A stretch of 47,343 nt of DNA from a virus (Duplodnaviria > Caudoviricetes). Numbering within the stretch: position 1 is the first letter of the stretch; each line of letters begins with the position of its first letter. Below are positions 9,227 to 17,339 of the stretch, in pieces. Below the pieces are notes generated by a model, which saw nothing but the letters and a program-made list of their open reading frames with translations, made no database searches and had not been told where the DNA came from. The position numbers and the translations under genes were made by a program. The stretch spans positions 1 through 47,343 of the IMG/VR virus record IMGVR_UViG_3300011443_000399. One strand, 5' to 3'.

Positions 9227-9311
9227 ATTTAAATTCGCGCGCGTGAATCGGAGTTTTTAATCAAATCAACAAGTTACGGACTTTAAATTCCACGCGCGCG
9301 TGAATTTAAAG
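9227..9311. promoter_or_regulatory. IHF consensus site flanked by two related palindromes
   Basis: AATCAACAAGTTA (9264-9276) matches WATCAANNNNTTR exactly; flanked by ATTTAAATTCGCGCGCGTGAAT and CTTTAAATTCCACGCGCGCGTGAATTTAAAG. Confidence 0.65.
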
Positions 9312-9566
9312 CTGTTTTCGCTCCGTGACGTCGTGCGCAACGCGGACGAGGCCGGGACCGACCATCCAGTCGGCGTTGGCGTTCTGGATCAGATAGCCGT
9401 GCAGGCGAAAGGTCCGCAGGATCCGCATGACGATGTCGCGGCCGAGCTGCGAGCGATCAACGATCTTTTTCAGCGCCACCGGCTCGCCGTCGATGACGAT
9501 CTCAAGCACGATCTTGGCCTTGCTGACGGCCTCGATCTCGTAATCTTCGTCTGTCCTATTCGCCAT
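9306..9566 (-). CDS. Stand-alone IclR-type HTH protein
   Basis: IEAVSKAKIVLE...LKKIVDRSQLGRDIVMRILRTF...WMVGPGL. Confidence 0.8.
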   Translation of the reverse strand: MANRTDEDYEIEAVSKAKIVLEIVIDGEPVALKKIVDRSQLGRDIVMRILRTFRLHGYLIQNANADWMVGPGLVRVAHDVTERKQL

Positions 9567-9674
9567 GTTTCTCAAGTCCTAAAAACTCCTGCAGCAGGCA
9601 GAGTGCGATCGCCCAGAGCATTGAGCCGGCGAGCACTATGAGCACAGCCAATTCCAGATTTGAAATTTGATATT

Positions 9675-10268
9675 TCATAACTCTTCATGCTCCGGAGCGA
9701 GGTCCTTCCAAAATTCGAGCTCGATCTGCTCGGCGAATGCGGGCCAAGTTGCGCGGGCCAACTTGTAGATGGTCCCCAGCTGAGTGATCGGCGCCGACTT
9801 GGACCGCTGGACCCACTCGGAAAAATCGTCAAGGTCGACGCTTATCCAATAGCCGGCAGGATCCTCTTTGCGGCTGGCGACGGGCAGCAGCCAATCGGAT
9901 CGCAGCTCCTCGATAACTTTGTGAAAACGCCGGAGCCGGTTGTTACTGGTCCAGCCGAAATGACTATTGAGCAGAGAATCGCGATCGCAGGGCTGCTCGC
10001 TAGTGAAATAGGACAGCTTACGCGCTACGTCGAAGGAGAGCTGGTGGACCGTGCCGCCGTTTCGCTGCAGCCGATCGGTCGCACGTTTGACAGCCTGGGC
10101 CGCCTCGCTCGGCTCGACGTGCCGGTTGCCCATCTCGATATTCGGGCAGACGGCGACGCGGCCCTGCGGAGTGATCCAGATGCCGAGGTCCTTGCACCGG
10201 TCGCAGTCGGTGATCGACATGCCGGGCAGCACGGTGGTGTGGCGCGTATCGTCAGTGAGCAACAGCAT
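9675..10268 (-). CDS. Phage wHTH-like protein with N-terminal Cys motif
   Basis: AGGAGG RBS; CDRC; VIEELRSDWLLPVAS...GYWI. Confidence 0.65.
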   Translation of the reverse strand: MLLLTDDTRHTTVLPGMSITDCDRCKDLGIWITPQGRVAVCPNIEMGNRHVEPSEAAQAVKRATDRLQRNGGTVHQLSFDVARKLSYFTSEQPCDRDSLLNSHFGWTSNNRLRRFHKVIEELRSDWLLPVASRKEDPAGYWISVDLDDFSEWVQRSKSAPITQLGTIYKLARATWPAFAEQIELEFWKDLAPEHEEL

Positions 10269-10512
10269 GGTTAGCCTCCTTTTGTGCAGAGCTGGTCGTG
10301 ACGAATAATGCCTTGAACGCATCGCGTCGCTTTTCCTCGGCGAGGATGGCCGCCTGGTTCGAGACCTTGCCCTTGCAATCGGGGCAGAATTCTTTTGTCA
10401 GAGCGGTGAACCATTCGGCGCTGAAAACCGCCTCGTCCGTCTCGTTGGAAACGACTTTGATCTTGCCGCAGTCGTCGCATTTGTAGACTGTTATTACACC
10501 GATGACGCTCAT
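10252..10512 (-). CDS. Small zinc-ribbon protein
   Basis: CDDC and CPDC; GGAGG RBS. Confidence 0.65.
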   Translation of the reverse strand: MSVIGVITVYKCDDCGKIKVVSNETDEAVFSAEWFTALTKEFCPDCKGKVSNQAAILAEEKRRDAFKALFVTTSSAQKEANHAVAH

Positions 10513-10676
10513 GAGATCACCTCCGCGTTGAGGACCGGGTCAGAGAAAAACCGGCATTTCATGTGCATGAAAACTCCCTTGAGAAATCGCGGCAGACGGT
10601 ACTCGAGCGGCTGCTTGCAGATCCCGCAGATGAAAACTTTCGTCTCGTCGTCGCGCAGGTCTTTTGGCTTAGGCAT
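10509..10676 (-). CDS. Small hypothetical protein (55 aa, CGIC), not in ORF track
   Basis: MPKPKDLRDDETKVFICGICKQPL...; GGAGG upstream, overlaps both neighbours. Confidence 0.55.
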   Translation of the reverse strand: MPKPKDLRDDETKVFICGICKQPLEYRLPRFLKGVFMHMKCRFFSDPVLNAEVIS

Positions 10677-10872
10677 TGGTGATGACCTCCTCGTCGAGGA
10701 TGCTGTCGGGCGTCTCGGTGATCGTTTCGTCGTCGTCGCTATCGAACCAGGCGTTCTCGCACTCGCCCCAGCCGCGGCGAAAGCCGTCGAGCCAGCCCAG
10801 GGCGAAGCCGAAGCCTAGAAAGCCGATGGCAACGCAGAACAGGCTTAGCCAGTAGATTTGAGTTGGTGTCAT
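10669..10872 (-). CDS. Small membrane protein with acidic tail
   Basis: MTPTQIYWLSLFCVAIGFLGFGFALG; GGAGG RBS, ATGA coupling. Confidence 0.6.
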   Translation of the reverse strand: MTPTQIYWLSLFCVAIGFLGFGFALGWLDGFRRGWGECENAWFDSDDDETITETPDSILDEEVITNA

Positions 10873-11075
10873 TTGGCCTCCTTGATCTCGAGGATCGGTG
10901 TGTTTGCGACGCGGAAGCGTTGGCGGCCGCGGTAGAGATTGCAGATAAACGGCATCGTTTGGTCGTAGCGGAAAATGCCGTGACGGACCTCGGTCCCGGT
11001 GGTGGCAAAGACGCGGACCATCACACGCTTGCCGTCGAGGCCGTCGATCGCTGCGAGATAGTCGTTGCGGTTCAT
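10869..11075 (-). CDS. Hypothetical phage protein
   Basis: GGAGG RBS, coupled to both neighbours. Confidence 0.6.
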   Translation of the reverse strand: MNRNDYLAAIDGLDGKRVMVRVFATTGTEVRHGIFRYDQTMPFICNLYRGRQRFRVANTPILEIKEAK

Positions 11076-11575
11076 GCGACCCTCCTGAATTGCGGCTCGG
11101 GGCCGACTGCCGACTGCTGATCGCTGACTGCTGACTTCTTCCGCTTGAGCATCGCTTTGAGAGCCTCGACAATCTTGTTGCCTTGCTCGGTGGTTTGGGG
11201 CGGCCAGGGGATGTGCATTCTCGCAGCGAGCTTTGCGGGGCCCTCGGGCGTCATGCCGTTCAATTTGGCGAGCTCGTCGATAAAGCTCAGGTGGTTGGTG
11301 GTCTCGACCGCCTTGATGCCGGCCTGCTGCTTGCGGTAATTCTCGGTCCGCTTAGAGGTCCGCCGTGAAAACGCGTCACCCCCGAGACGCGTGATCACGG
11401 CGTTTGCTTCGTCAAAGGTAAGGAGGGCGAGGCTTGACGTGCGCTCGCGGGTAACCTCATGGACGAAGGTCGATAGGAAATCGTGGACGTCGACACCGGC
11501 AAGCAGGGCTTTTGGTTTTGCCAGGCCGAACATGCGGCGGATCTGTCCGTTGGTTTTGGGTTGGGGTTTATTCAT
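11072..11575 (-). CDS. GemA/DUF1018-like Mu-type protein
   Basis: QIRRMFGL...RTSSLALLTFDEANAVITRL...GNKIVEALKAM. Confidence 0.65.
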   Translation of the reverse strand: MNKPQPKTNGQIRRMFGLAKPKALLAGVDVHDFLSTFVHEVTRERTSSLALLTFDEANAVITRLGGDAFSRRTSKRTENYRKQQAGIKAVETTNHLSFIDELAKLNGMTPEGPAKLAARMHIPWPPQTTEQGNKIVEALKAMLKRKKSAVSDQQSAVGPEPQFRRVA

Positions 11576-12056
11576 GGGCTGCCTCCTGAGACATGGTTTC
11601 CTGGACCTGCTTGATCACGACATCGGCCGCGTCGCGGAGCTGGACGAGCTCGGTGAGCGTCGCGTCCGTGCATCCGTCGACGTGGAGTGCGTTGATCGCC
11701 TGGGTCGCCTCGGTGAGAAGGTTGGCGCCTGCCACGGCTTGCGTATCGCGGCAGGCGATCGGGTTGGCATGTGTGGCTAGGAGATCGTCGTGATGGGCGT
11801 TGATGTAGTTGACGATCAGGGCCGAGCCCGCGGGGTTGACGAGATAGACCGCGTCGATGAGATCGCACATGCGGTCGAGTATCGAGCGTTGGCCGGTGCC
11901 ATTGGGCGACTCGTCGGAGTCCGGCTCGCGACGCCAGCGGCGAACATAGTCGGCCGAGACCGAAAGGATCTGCGCCACGCGTCCGCTCTGTTGTTTGGGG
12001 ATTGCCTGCTCCAGGACTTCGTAAGATTGCATTCGTCGAACCTCGGGGGCGTTCAA
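11568..12056 (-). CDS. Phage regulatory (CII-like) HTH protein
   Basis: VAQILSVSADYVRRWRRE HTH; second gene of the early operon. Confidence 0.6.
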   Translation of the reverse strand: MNAPEVRRMQSYEVLEQAIPKQQSGRVAQILSVSADYVRRWRREPDSDESPNGTGQRSILDRMCDLIDAVYLVNPAGSALIVNYINAHHDDLLATHANPIACRDTQAVAGANLLTEATQAINALHVDGCTDATLTELVQLRDAADVVIKQVQETMSQEAAHE

Positions 12057-12132
12057 AGTCAGCCGAAAAAGACCTAGCCGAAAAAAGTCAAAAAAAGATA
12101 GGCTTGCCCGCTATGGAGAAAACCTATCGAGA

Positions 12133-12378
12133 TCAGGCTGCTCGTCGAACGGCCTCGCTTACTGTTTGCGGCCGCTCGGGCCGGTCGACCTTGATGCCGT
12201 ATTTGTCGCGGACGAGCTTAGCCAGGTCGGCGTTGTATTTGCCGTGGTAGAAGAGCTGCGTCAGGCCGTTGCGCGTGGTGTCGAACGTCCACCCGATCGC
12301 AGGTGCGATCTCTTTCGCCATGCCCGTGATCGTGAGGCCGTTCTTCCAGAGAAACGTTTTTATTTGAAGTGCGTTCAT
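12133..12378 (-). CDS. Ner/Cro-like HTH regulator
   Basis: IKTFLWKNGLTITGMAKEI; divergent from the repressor. Confidence 0.75.
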   Translation of the reverse strand: MNALQIKTFLWKNGLTITGMAKEIAPAIGWTFDTTRNGLTQLFYHGKYNADLAKLVRDKYGIKVDRPERPQTVSEAVRRAA

Positions 12379-12426
12379 GTTATCCTCGGTGCTGTATTCA
12401 GTCAGCTATTCAACTGAATCGGACAG

Positions 12427-12479
12427 AGTATTTCACGATTTGTGGAGTCGTGTCAAGCATAAAATCCACGATACGTGGA
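12427..12479. promoter_or_regulatory. Early promoter and repressor operators
   Basis: Minus-strand TTGACA (12451-12456) with TGnAATACT; operators TTCACG-ATT-TGTGGA (12432-12446) and perfect TCCACG-ATA-CGTGGA (12465-12479); weaker copy at 12640-12654. Confidence 0.7.
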
Positions 12480-13149
12480 GTTGATGGAAAAAACCTCGTT
12501 CGGCCAACGTCTCAAGCTCGCCTTTGGAAACGCCAAGAACGCAGAAATTGCACGCAAAATAGGGGTTGGAGAGACTGCCGTCTCAAATTACATGGCCGGA
12601 CGCATTCCCGATGCCGAAAAATTGATCCAGATCCGAAAATCCACAAACTGTGATTTGAACTGGCTGCTTACCGGTGAGGGCGACACGGACCGTGATGCCG
12701 GGACGGTCCATTTGCGAGCCGAAATTGTCGAGAAACTGATGGCGATCGCCGAAGAGCAGGCACCGATCATCCATTCTCACGCGGATCTGGCCGCGGGCAA
12801 TGTGCTGATAAGGCGCACCTGCGAACTGCTGGTCGAATACCTGATCAGTGTTGGTCTGGCGGACTCGCACCTGATCGAGCGCGAGGATCAGTTGATGACG
12901 AAAGCTGATGCCAAACGCGCCGAGCGGTTCACGTTCGTGGCGGACCGCGAGCCGTCGATCGAGGACAGGATCCGCGAGCTGGTGAAAAAAGAATCAAAGA
13001 TGCCCGCGAAAATTGGCGCGCCCGACGAGTTTCGTGATATGATTCGCGACATTGTAAAAGAAGAAGTCGGAGACTCGAGGAAGCGGCCGGTTTATCCACT
13101 GCAGCTCGCCGACGACGAAGAAGAAACGACCCGTCGCAAGGCGGGATAG
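12475..13149 (+). CDS. XRE-family prophage repressor
   Basis: FGQRLK...NAEIARKIGVGETAVSNYMAGRIP...LNWLLTGEG; start may be ATG 12484. Confidence 0.85.
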   Translation: MELMEKTSFGQRLKLAFGNAKNAEIARKIGVGETAVSNYMAGRIPDAEKLIQIRKSTNCDLNWLLTGEGDTDRDAGTVHLRAEIVEKLMAIAEEQAPIIHSHADLAAGNVLIRRTCELLVEYLISVGLADSHLIEREDQLMTKADAKRAERFTFVADREPSIEDRIRELVKKESKMPAKIGAPDEFRDMIRDIVKEEVGDSRKRPVYPLQLADDEEETTRRKAG

Positions 13150-13164
13150 CACAGGAGATAAACC

Positions 13165-13602
13165 ATGCAGCTTGAAGCGTATCGCGCACTGAGCCCCCGA
13201 AATCCCATGCCATTTTTTCCAGTAGCAATACCCGCAGGACCGGGGCGGGAAATAGAACAAGAACCGGAGTGGATCGACATCGAGCAGTTCCTTCGCGAGG
13301 GCCGCGAGAACGTGCTTTACGTGAGGGCGTTTGGCCTGTCGATGAAGGCCAAGAACGAGAACGGCATCGACGACGGCGATCTGCTCGTCGTCCATCGCAC
13401 CGGCATGGCCGAGCCAGGCGACGTCGTCATCGCCGAGGTCAACGGCGAATTTACGATCAAGCGTCTAAAGAAACACGCCCACGGCCTGTACCTGGTGCCC
13501 GCCAACGAGGCATATCCCGTCCGGCAGGTCCACGCCAGCGACAAGTTTGCCGTCTGGGCCGTCGTTACGCATGTGATCCACGCGTTTAAAAAAGCAGCAT
13601 GA
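13165..13602 (+). CDS. Stand-alone S24 peptidase (UmuD/LexA C-terminal-like)
   Basis: PAG cleavage site, GLSM serine, TIKRL lysine, LVPAN; AGGAG RBS. Confidence 0.88.
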   Translation: MQLEAYRALSPRNPMPFFPVAIPAGPGREIEQEPEWIDIEQFLREGRENVLYVRAFGLSMKAKNENGIDDGDLLVVHRTGMAEPGDVVIAEVNGEFTIKRLKKHAHGLYLVPANEAYPVRQVHASDKFAVWAVVTHVIHAFKKAA

Positions 13603-14132
13603 AGATCTTATTTGCGACAGTGCTGTTGATAGTGTCAACGGCCGCTATCTGCGCTCAGAAGTCGGTCTCGGACCTGCTACCGTCGCACGCAGCGGCTCTG
13701 CAAAAATATCTCGCGGCAAACAAGGACGCGCATTTCATGCAGGAGATCGTCATCGACGACGACGACCTCAAGGCGATGCGCAAATACATCCGCCGCGGGC
13801 TCAAACCCTATTACGCGGTGGGCGATCTGAATCGTGACGGCATACGTGATTTTGCGGTGCTGCTCTCGGGCGGCCGGACGGCAATCTTTCGGAATGAGGA
13901 AGAGGCCGAGGCCCGGAGGAACGACGTTGACCTGCGGCTGGTGATCTTTAACGGAACACGCAAGGGTGGCTTTACGGTCGCTCACATCGAGGAGATCGAG
14001 GCACCGCTGGAATCGTTCATCGATATCCAGGGCCGCCAACTTTACTTCGCGGTTTTCGAATCGGACGCCGACACGCGGATCTTTGCGAAAGCCGGCAAGG
14101 GCTACATCGTTGAATTTGAAAAATCGCGGTGA
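13599..14132 (+). CDS. Secreted moron protein with DxNxDG Ca-binding motif
   Basis: Signal peptide; GDLNRDGIRDFAV. Confidence 0.7.
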   Translation: MKILFATVLLIVSTAAICAQKSVSDLLPSHAAALQKYLAANKDAHFMQEIVIDDDDLKAMRKYIRRGLKPYYAVGDLNRDGIRDFAVLLSGGRTAIFRNEEEAEARRNDVDLRLVIFNGTRKGGFTVAHIEEIEAPLESFIDIQGRQLYFAVFESDADTRIFAKAGKGYIVEFEKSR

Positions 14133-14138
14133 GCAGCC

Positions 14139-14936
14139 ATGGCCATATTCAGATTTTTCGCCGACCGTAAACTCAAGAAACAACAGATTGCAACTCTTAG
14201 GCAGATACTCGCCGATGCGGTCCATGACGGTCATATCGACGATCGAGAGTTAGCTCAGATCCGGCATGTTGCGGAGGAAGCCAAACTGTCGGACCAGGAG
14301 TACCAGGTCCTCGTCGACGAAGTCTACGCAAAGGTCGTCGATTTTGTCGTAGCGGACCGCCGCGTGAATGACGCCGAACGCGCAGCGGTCATTCAAATTG
14401 CCGATCGGCTCGGGGTTTCGAATAACACGCGACATTCGCTCGAGGATGTGCTGCATTATTTTACATTGCTCGAGACGATCGAAAAGTGCCCCATGGCACA
14501 GATCCCGAATCGCGGCGGAACTTCGGGCGTGCCGCTCAAGGCCGGAGAGATAGATTACTTTGCGCATCCCGCACAGATGCTCGAGGAACGCGTTATCGCT
14601 CGTCAATCGGTCGGGCGATCACAGGGTGTCAGCTTCCGGATAGTGAAGGGCGTATCTTACCGGGTTGGACAGAGCCGCGGACACTCGGTGCCAGTACATG
14701 CGACTGTACCGGTAAGCAGCGGCGACTTTGTGATCACGAATAAACGGTTGATATTTGCCGGCGACCGAAAATCGGTCAATGCTCCGTATGACAAGATCCT
14801 GCACACCGAGGGTTTTTCTGACGGGCTGCGTTTCTCCGTAACCAATCGACAAAAGCCGGTGACCATTCAGTTTTTTACAGACAAGTCGGCCGAGATCGCG
14901 TGTGTGCTGATCTCGCGGATATTAAACGACAGCTAG
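14139..14936 (+). CDS. Moron: TerB-like N-terminus plus PH-like C-terminal domain
   Basis: ADAVHDGHIDDRE and ADRRVNDAE repeats; GDFVITNKRLIF. Confidence 0.65.
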   Translation: MAIFRFFADRKLKKQQIATLRQILADAVHDGHIDDRELAQIRHVAEEAKLSDQEYQVLVDEVYAKVVDFVVADRRVNDAERAAVIQIADRLGVSNNTRHSLEDVLHYFTLLETIEKCPMAQIPNRGGTSGVPLKAGEIDYFAHPAQMLEERVIARQSVGRSQGVSFRIVKGVSYRVGQSRGHSVPVHATVPVSSGDFVITNKRLIFAGDRKSVNAPYDKILHTEGFSDGLRFSVTNRQKPVTIQFFTDKSAEIACVLISRILNDS

Positions 14937-15172
14937 GCGGCAAGTTTTTGTTGACGGCGGGCGACCAGCGCGTGTATAAACTTTGTGAAGCTGGATTCGT
15001 AGACGTACCAGTTTTTGCCGCGGCCGATCTGCTCGCCGACGAGAGTGCCGTCCTCGAGCCAGCCGTAGATCGTTAAGCGATGCGGCACAGGCTGGAAATA
15101 TTTCTCCAGCTCACGCTCGACGCTCTCGAGCTTGATCAGCGGGTCGTAATTGGGCAGCGGATTTTGGTGCAC
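14933..15172 (-). CDS. Excisionase/MerR-like HTH protein, candidate late regulator
   Basis: HRLTIYGWLEDGTLVGEQIG...WYV; divergent from the late operon; tandem TAAAACACT x2 at 15192-15209; start uncertain. Confidence 0.65.
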   Translation of the reverse strand: MHQNPLPNYDPLIKLESVERELEKYFQPVPHRLTIYGWLEDGTLVGEQIGRGKNWYVYESSFTKFIHALVARRQQKLAA

Positions 15173-15310
15173 GCTATTCACGCCTAAAAAGTAAAACACT
15201 TAAAACACTAAAGTCAACTGTTTCGTTGAGGACGCTTAAAACGTCCTTTTTTTTCGCGCGCTCGTCGGACAAACTCGGACGCGGATGACAAGTCCTGCCG
15301 CGTTGAAAAC

Positions 15311-15348
15311 GAGAGTCGTTGGTTCATGGGCCCAGCGGCTCTCTTTTT
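15311..15348 (+). terminator. Intrinsic terminator/attenuator ahead of the late operon
   Basis: GAGAGTCGTTGG-9 nt-CCAGCGGCTCTC then T5. Confidence 0.6.
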
Positions 15349-15417
15349 AAGATGCACGTTTATCCGAATCCGTTATCGAAATATGTATCGAGCTGAATAT
15401 CCAAGCTAGTTATCTGC

Positions 15418-15879
15418 ATGTCGAAAGCCTTGAATCAATCGGACATTTCGCACAAGGCCGAGCGGTGGGCCAAGGTCCGTCGCGAGCTGGATGAGCTCGA
15501 GGCCAAGCGTGACGCCGAGCTGGATGCGGCGACCGAGAAGATCGCCAAAAAATACGACAAGCGGGTCGATGCGCTGACGCAGAAGGTCGACACGTTGTAT
15601 GACGAGGTCCTGGGCTGGCTAAAGAAACGGAAGAAGTCGATCACGGTCGAGAGCAAGTCGGCGATCGCCACGCTGCTCGCCGGCGTGAGATCGGGGAACC
15701 GCGAGCCTGACGCGCAGAAGTTTATCGCGGCGTGCAAAAAGCGAAAGGTGGATCCGTGGCCGGCCGTGAATGTCGTGATCGCGAGGGCCGAGCCGATCCT
15801 GGGCAAGAACGAATTTGACAAGGTCTGCACGACGAAGCAGGTGCCGTACGCGGACGCGAGTTTGAGATTGAAGAATTAG
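15418..15879 (+). CDS. Mu Gam-like host-nuclease inhibitor (putative)
   Basis: Long N-terminal coiled coil (ELEAKRDAELDA...LYDEVLGW) and KSITV motif; size similar to Gam. Confidence 0.55.
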   Translation: MSKALNQSDISHKAERWAKVRRELDELEAKRDAELDAATEKIAKKYDKRVDALTQKVDTLYDEVLGWLKKRKKSITVESKSAIATLLAGVRSGNREPDAQKFIAACKKRKVDPWPAVNVVIARAEPILGKNEFDKVCTTKQVPYADASLRLKN

Positions 15880-15905
15880 CAACAGAGATCACAGAGGGCA
15901 CAGGG

Positions 15906-16097
15906 ATGAGCAAAGCGATCACGGTTAAAACTCTACGCGATGAAGTGAACCTCGAACGCTGGGACCGCAAGGGCGTTCGCGTCAAGGCGTGGCTGCCGTC
16001 TGAGACGGAAGCCTACACGGAGTTTGAGATCGTCGGCATTTACAACGATCGGGACGATGCCCTGGTGTTGGAACTGGCGAAGGTCGAAGCGTCATAG
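15906..16097 (+). CDS. Small hypothetical protein
   Basis: 63 aa, in late operon. Confidence 0.5.
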   Translation: MSKAITVKTLRDEVNLERWDRKGVRVKAWLPSETEAYTEFEIVGIYNDRDDALVLELAKVEAS

Positions 16098-16146
16098 CCA
16101 CAGGGCAGCGAGACCAATGACAGATTTGAAATTTGAAATTTCATAG

Positions 16147-16219
16147 CGCGGGGTGGAGCAGTTGGTAGCTCGTTAGGCTCATAACCTGAAGGTCGCCGGT
16201 TCAAGTCCGGTCCCCGCAA
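16147..16219 (+). tRNA. tRNA-fMet (CAT), initiator type, CCA not encoded
   Basis: CGCGGGGTGGAGCAGTTGGTAGCTCGTTAGGCTCATAACCTGAAGGTCGCCGGTTCAAGTCCGGTCCCCGCAA; C1:A72 mismatch; followed by CTA. Confidence 0.93.
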
Positions 16220-16383
16220 CTATATTGACATAACCAACACGAAGACGGAGCCGAATGTCACCCGCTGGAAGGTGAATTGCGGACGAAGACTGTGAGGGGC
16301 GGTTCTTAGACGCTGGATGCTGAGCGACGCAGGTGCGTGACCGCCCCTCCTTTTATCACAAATTTGAGATCTGAAATTTCGTA

Positions 16384-17334
16384 ATGGACCAGGCATCACG
16401 TACTCGATTATCGAAAGTGCATCCCGAGCTGGCACGGCGCGTTGAGAAAACTATTGACGCACTGACCGCTGCCGGGCTCGATGTGCGCGTGGTGCAGGGT
16501 CTGCGGACCTACGAAGAGCAGAACGCTCTGTTTGCCCAGGGCCGATCGCGCAAAGGACCGAAGGTCACCAAGGCTCGAGGCGGTCAGAGTAATCACAATT
16601 TTGGTCTCGCAGTGGATCTGTGTCCGTTCGACGACGGAGCAGCGGATTGGGACAACGATCGCGCATTCACGCTGATCGGTGCGGCGGGCAAAGCTCAGGG
16701 CCTCGAATGGGGCGGTGACTGGTCGTCGTTTCCCGATCGCCCGCATCTGCAGCTGCGGACCGGCCTCAAGACGGCCAAGTGTCACGAGCTCTACATGCAC
16801 GGCGGGCTGACGCAGGTGTGGCATGAAGCCAACGCAAAACTCGGACTCAAGAAAACGGCAGACGAGCCAGTGAAGCTCGAATTGCCGGAACCAAAAGTGG
16901 CGGCGGCTGCATCGCCCGAAGAGGCAAGTGGCCACGCCTCTACAGGAGTCGTCCAGGACAATGCCTTGTCCGACGAACCCGCTCCTAATGATCAGTCGTC
17001 GCCAGCAAACCAGCCAGCAGCAGCACCGGCAGTGAATCAACAGCCGACCGAGCTGCGCAAGGAAAGGCCGTCGACGTTTGTGAAGATCGGCGCGGCGGCG
17101 ATGGGATTTTTCGCGATGCTCAACACGATCGGGATCAGTGTGCAGGCGGCAGCCGACCGGGCGTTCCAGTCGATCACGCCGGGCCAGATCGTGATGCTCG
17201 TCGTCGGCCTCGGTATCGGGGCGGCAGCAATTTGGATGTACGACCGGGCGGCCCAGCGATCGAACGGGCTCAATTCGCAAAAGATCGCAGCGGCTGCGGA
17301 TCCGACAGTCAACACGGTGGAGCTTACGCAGTGA
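16384..17334 (+). CDS. Endolysin, M15-family (L-Ala-D-Glu peptidase-like), with linker and two C-terminal TM helices
   Basis: GLRTYEEQNALFAQGR, SNHNFGLAVD, LEWGGDW, DRPHLQ. Confidence 0.88.
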   Translation: MDQASRTRLSKVHPELARRVEKTIDALTAAGLDVRVVQGLRTYEEQNALFAQGRSRKGPKVTKARGGQSNHNFGLAVDLCPFDDGAADWDNDRAFTLIGAAGKAQGLEWGGDWSSFPDRPHLQLRTGLKTAKCHELYMHGGLTQVWHEANAKLGLKKTADEPVKLELPEPKVAAAASPEEASGHASTGVVQDNALSDEPAPNDQSSPANQPAAAPAVNQQPTELRKERPSTFVKIGAAAMGFFAMLNTIGISVQAAADRAFQSITPGQIVMLVVGLGIGAAAIWMYDRAAQRSNGLNSQKIAAAADPTVNTVELTQ

Positions 17335-17339
17335 AATGA

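Noticed and set aside
16147-16222. tRNA as an integration (att) site
   Set aside because: No duplicated tRNA 3' end and no integrase; the element has transposon-type ends.
1431-16383. CRISPR array interpretation of the repeats
   Set aside because: Repeats are dispersed heptamers without regular spacers, and no cas genes are present.
16224-17316. Extra palindrome copies (ATTGACATAACCAAC near 16224; ACAGTCAACAC half-site near 17305)
   Set aside because: Three or more mismatches to the consensus, so not counted.
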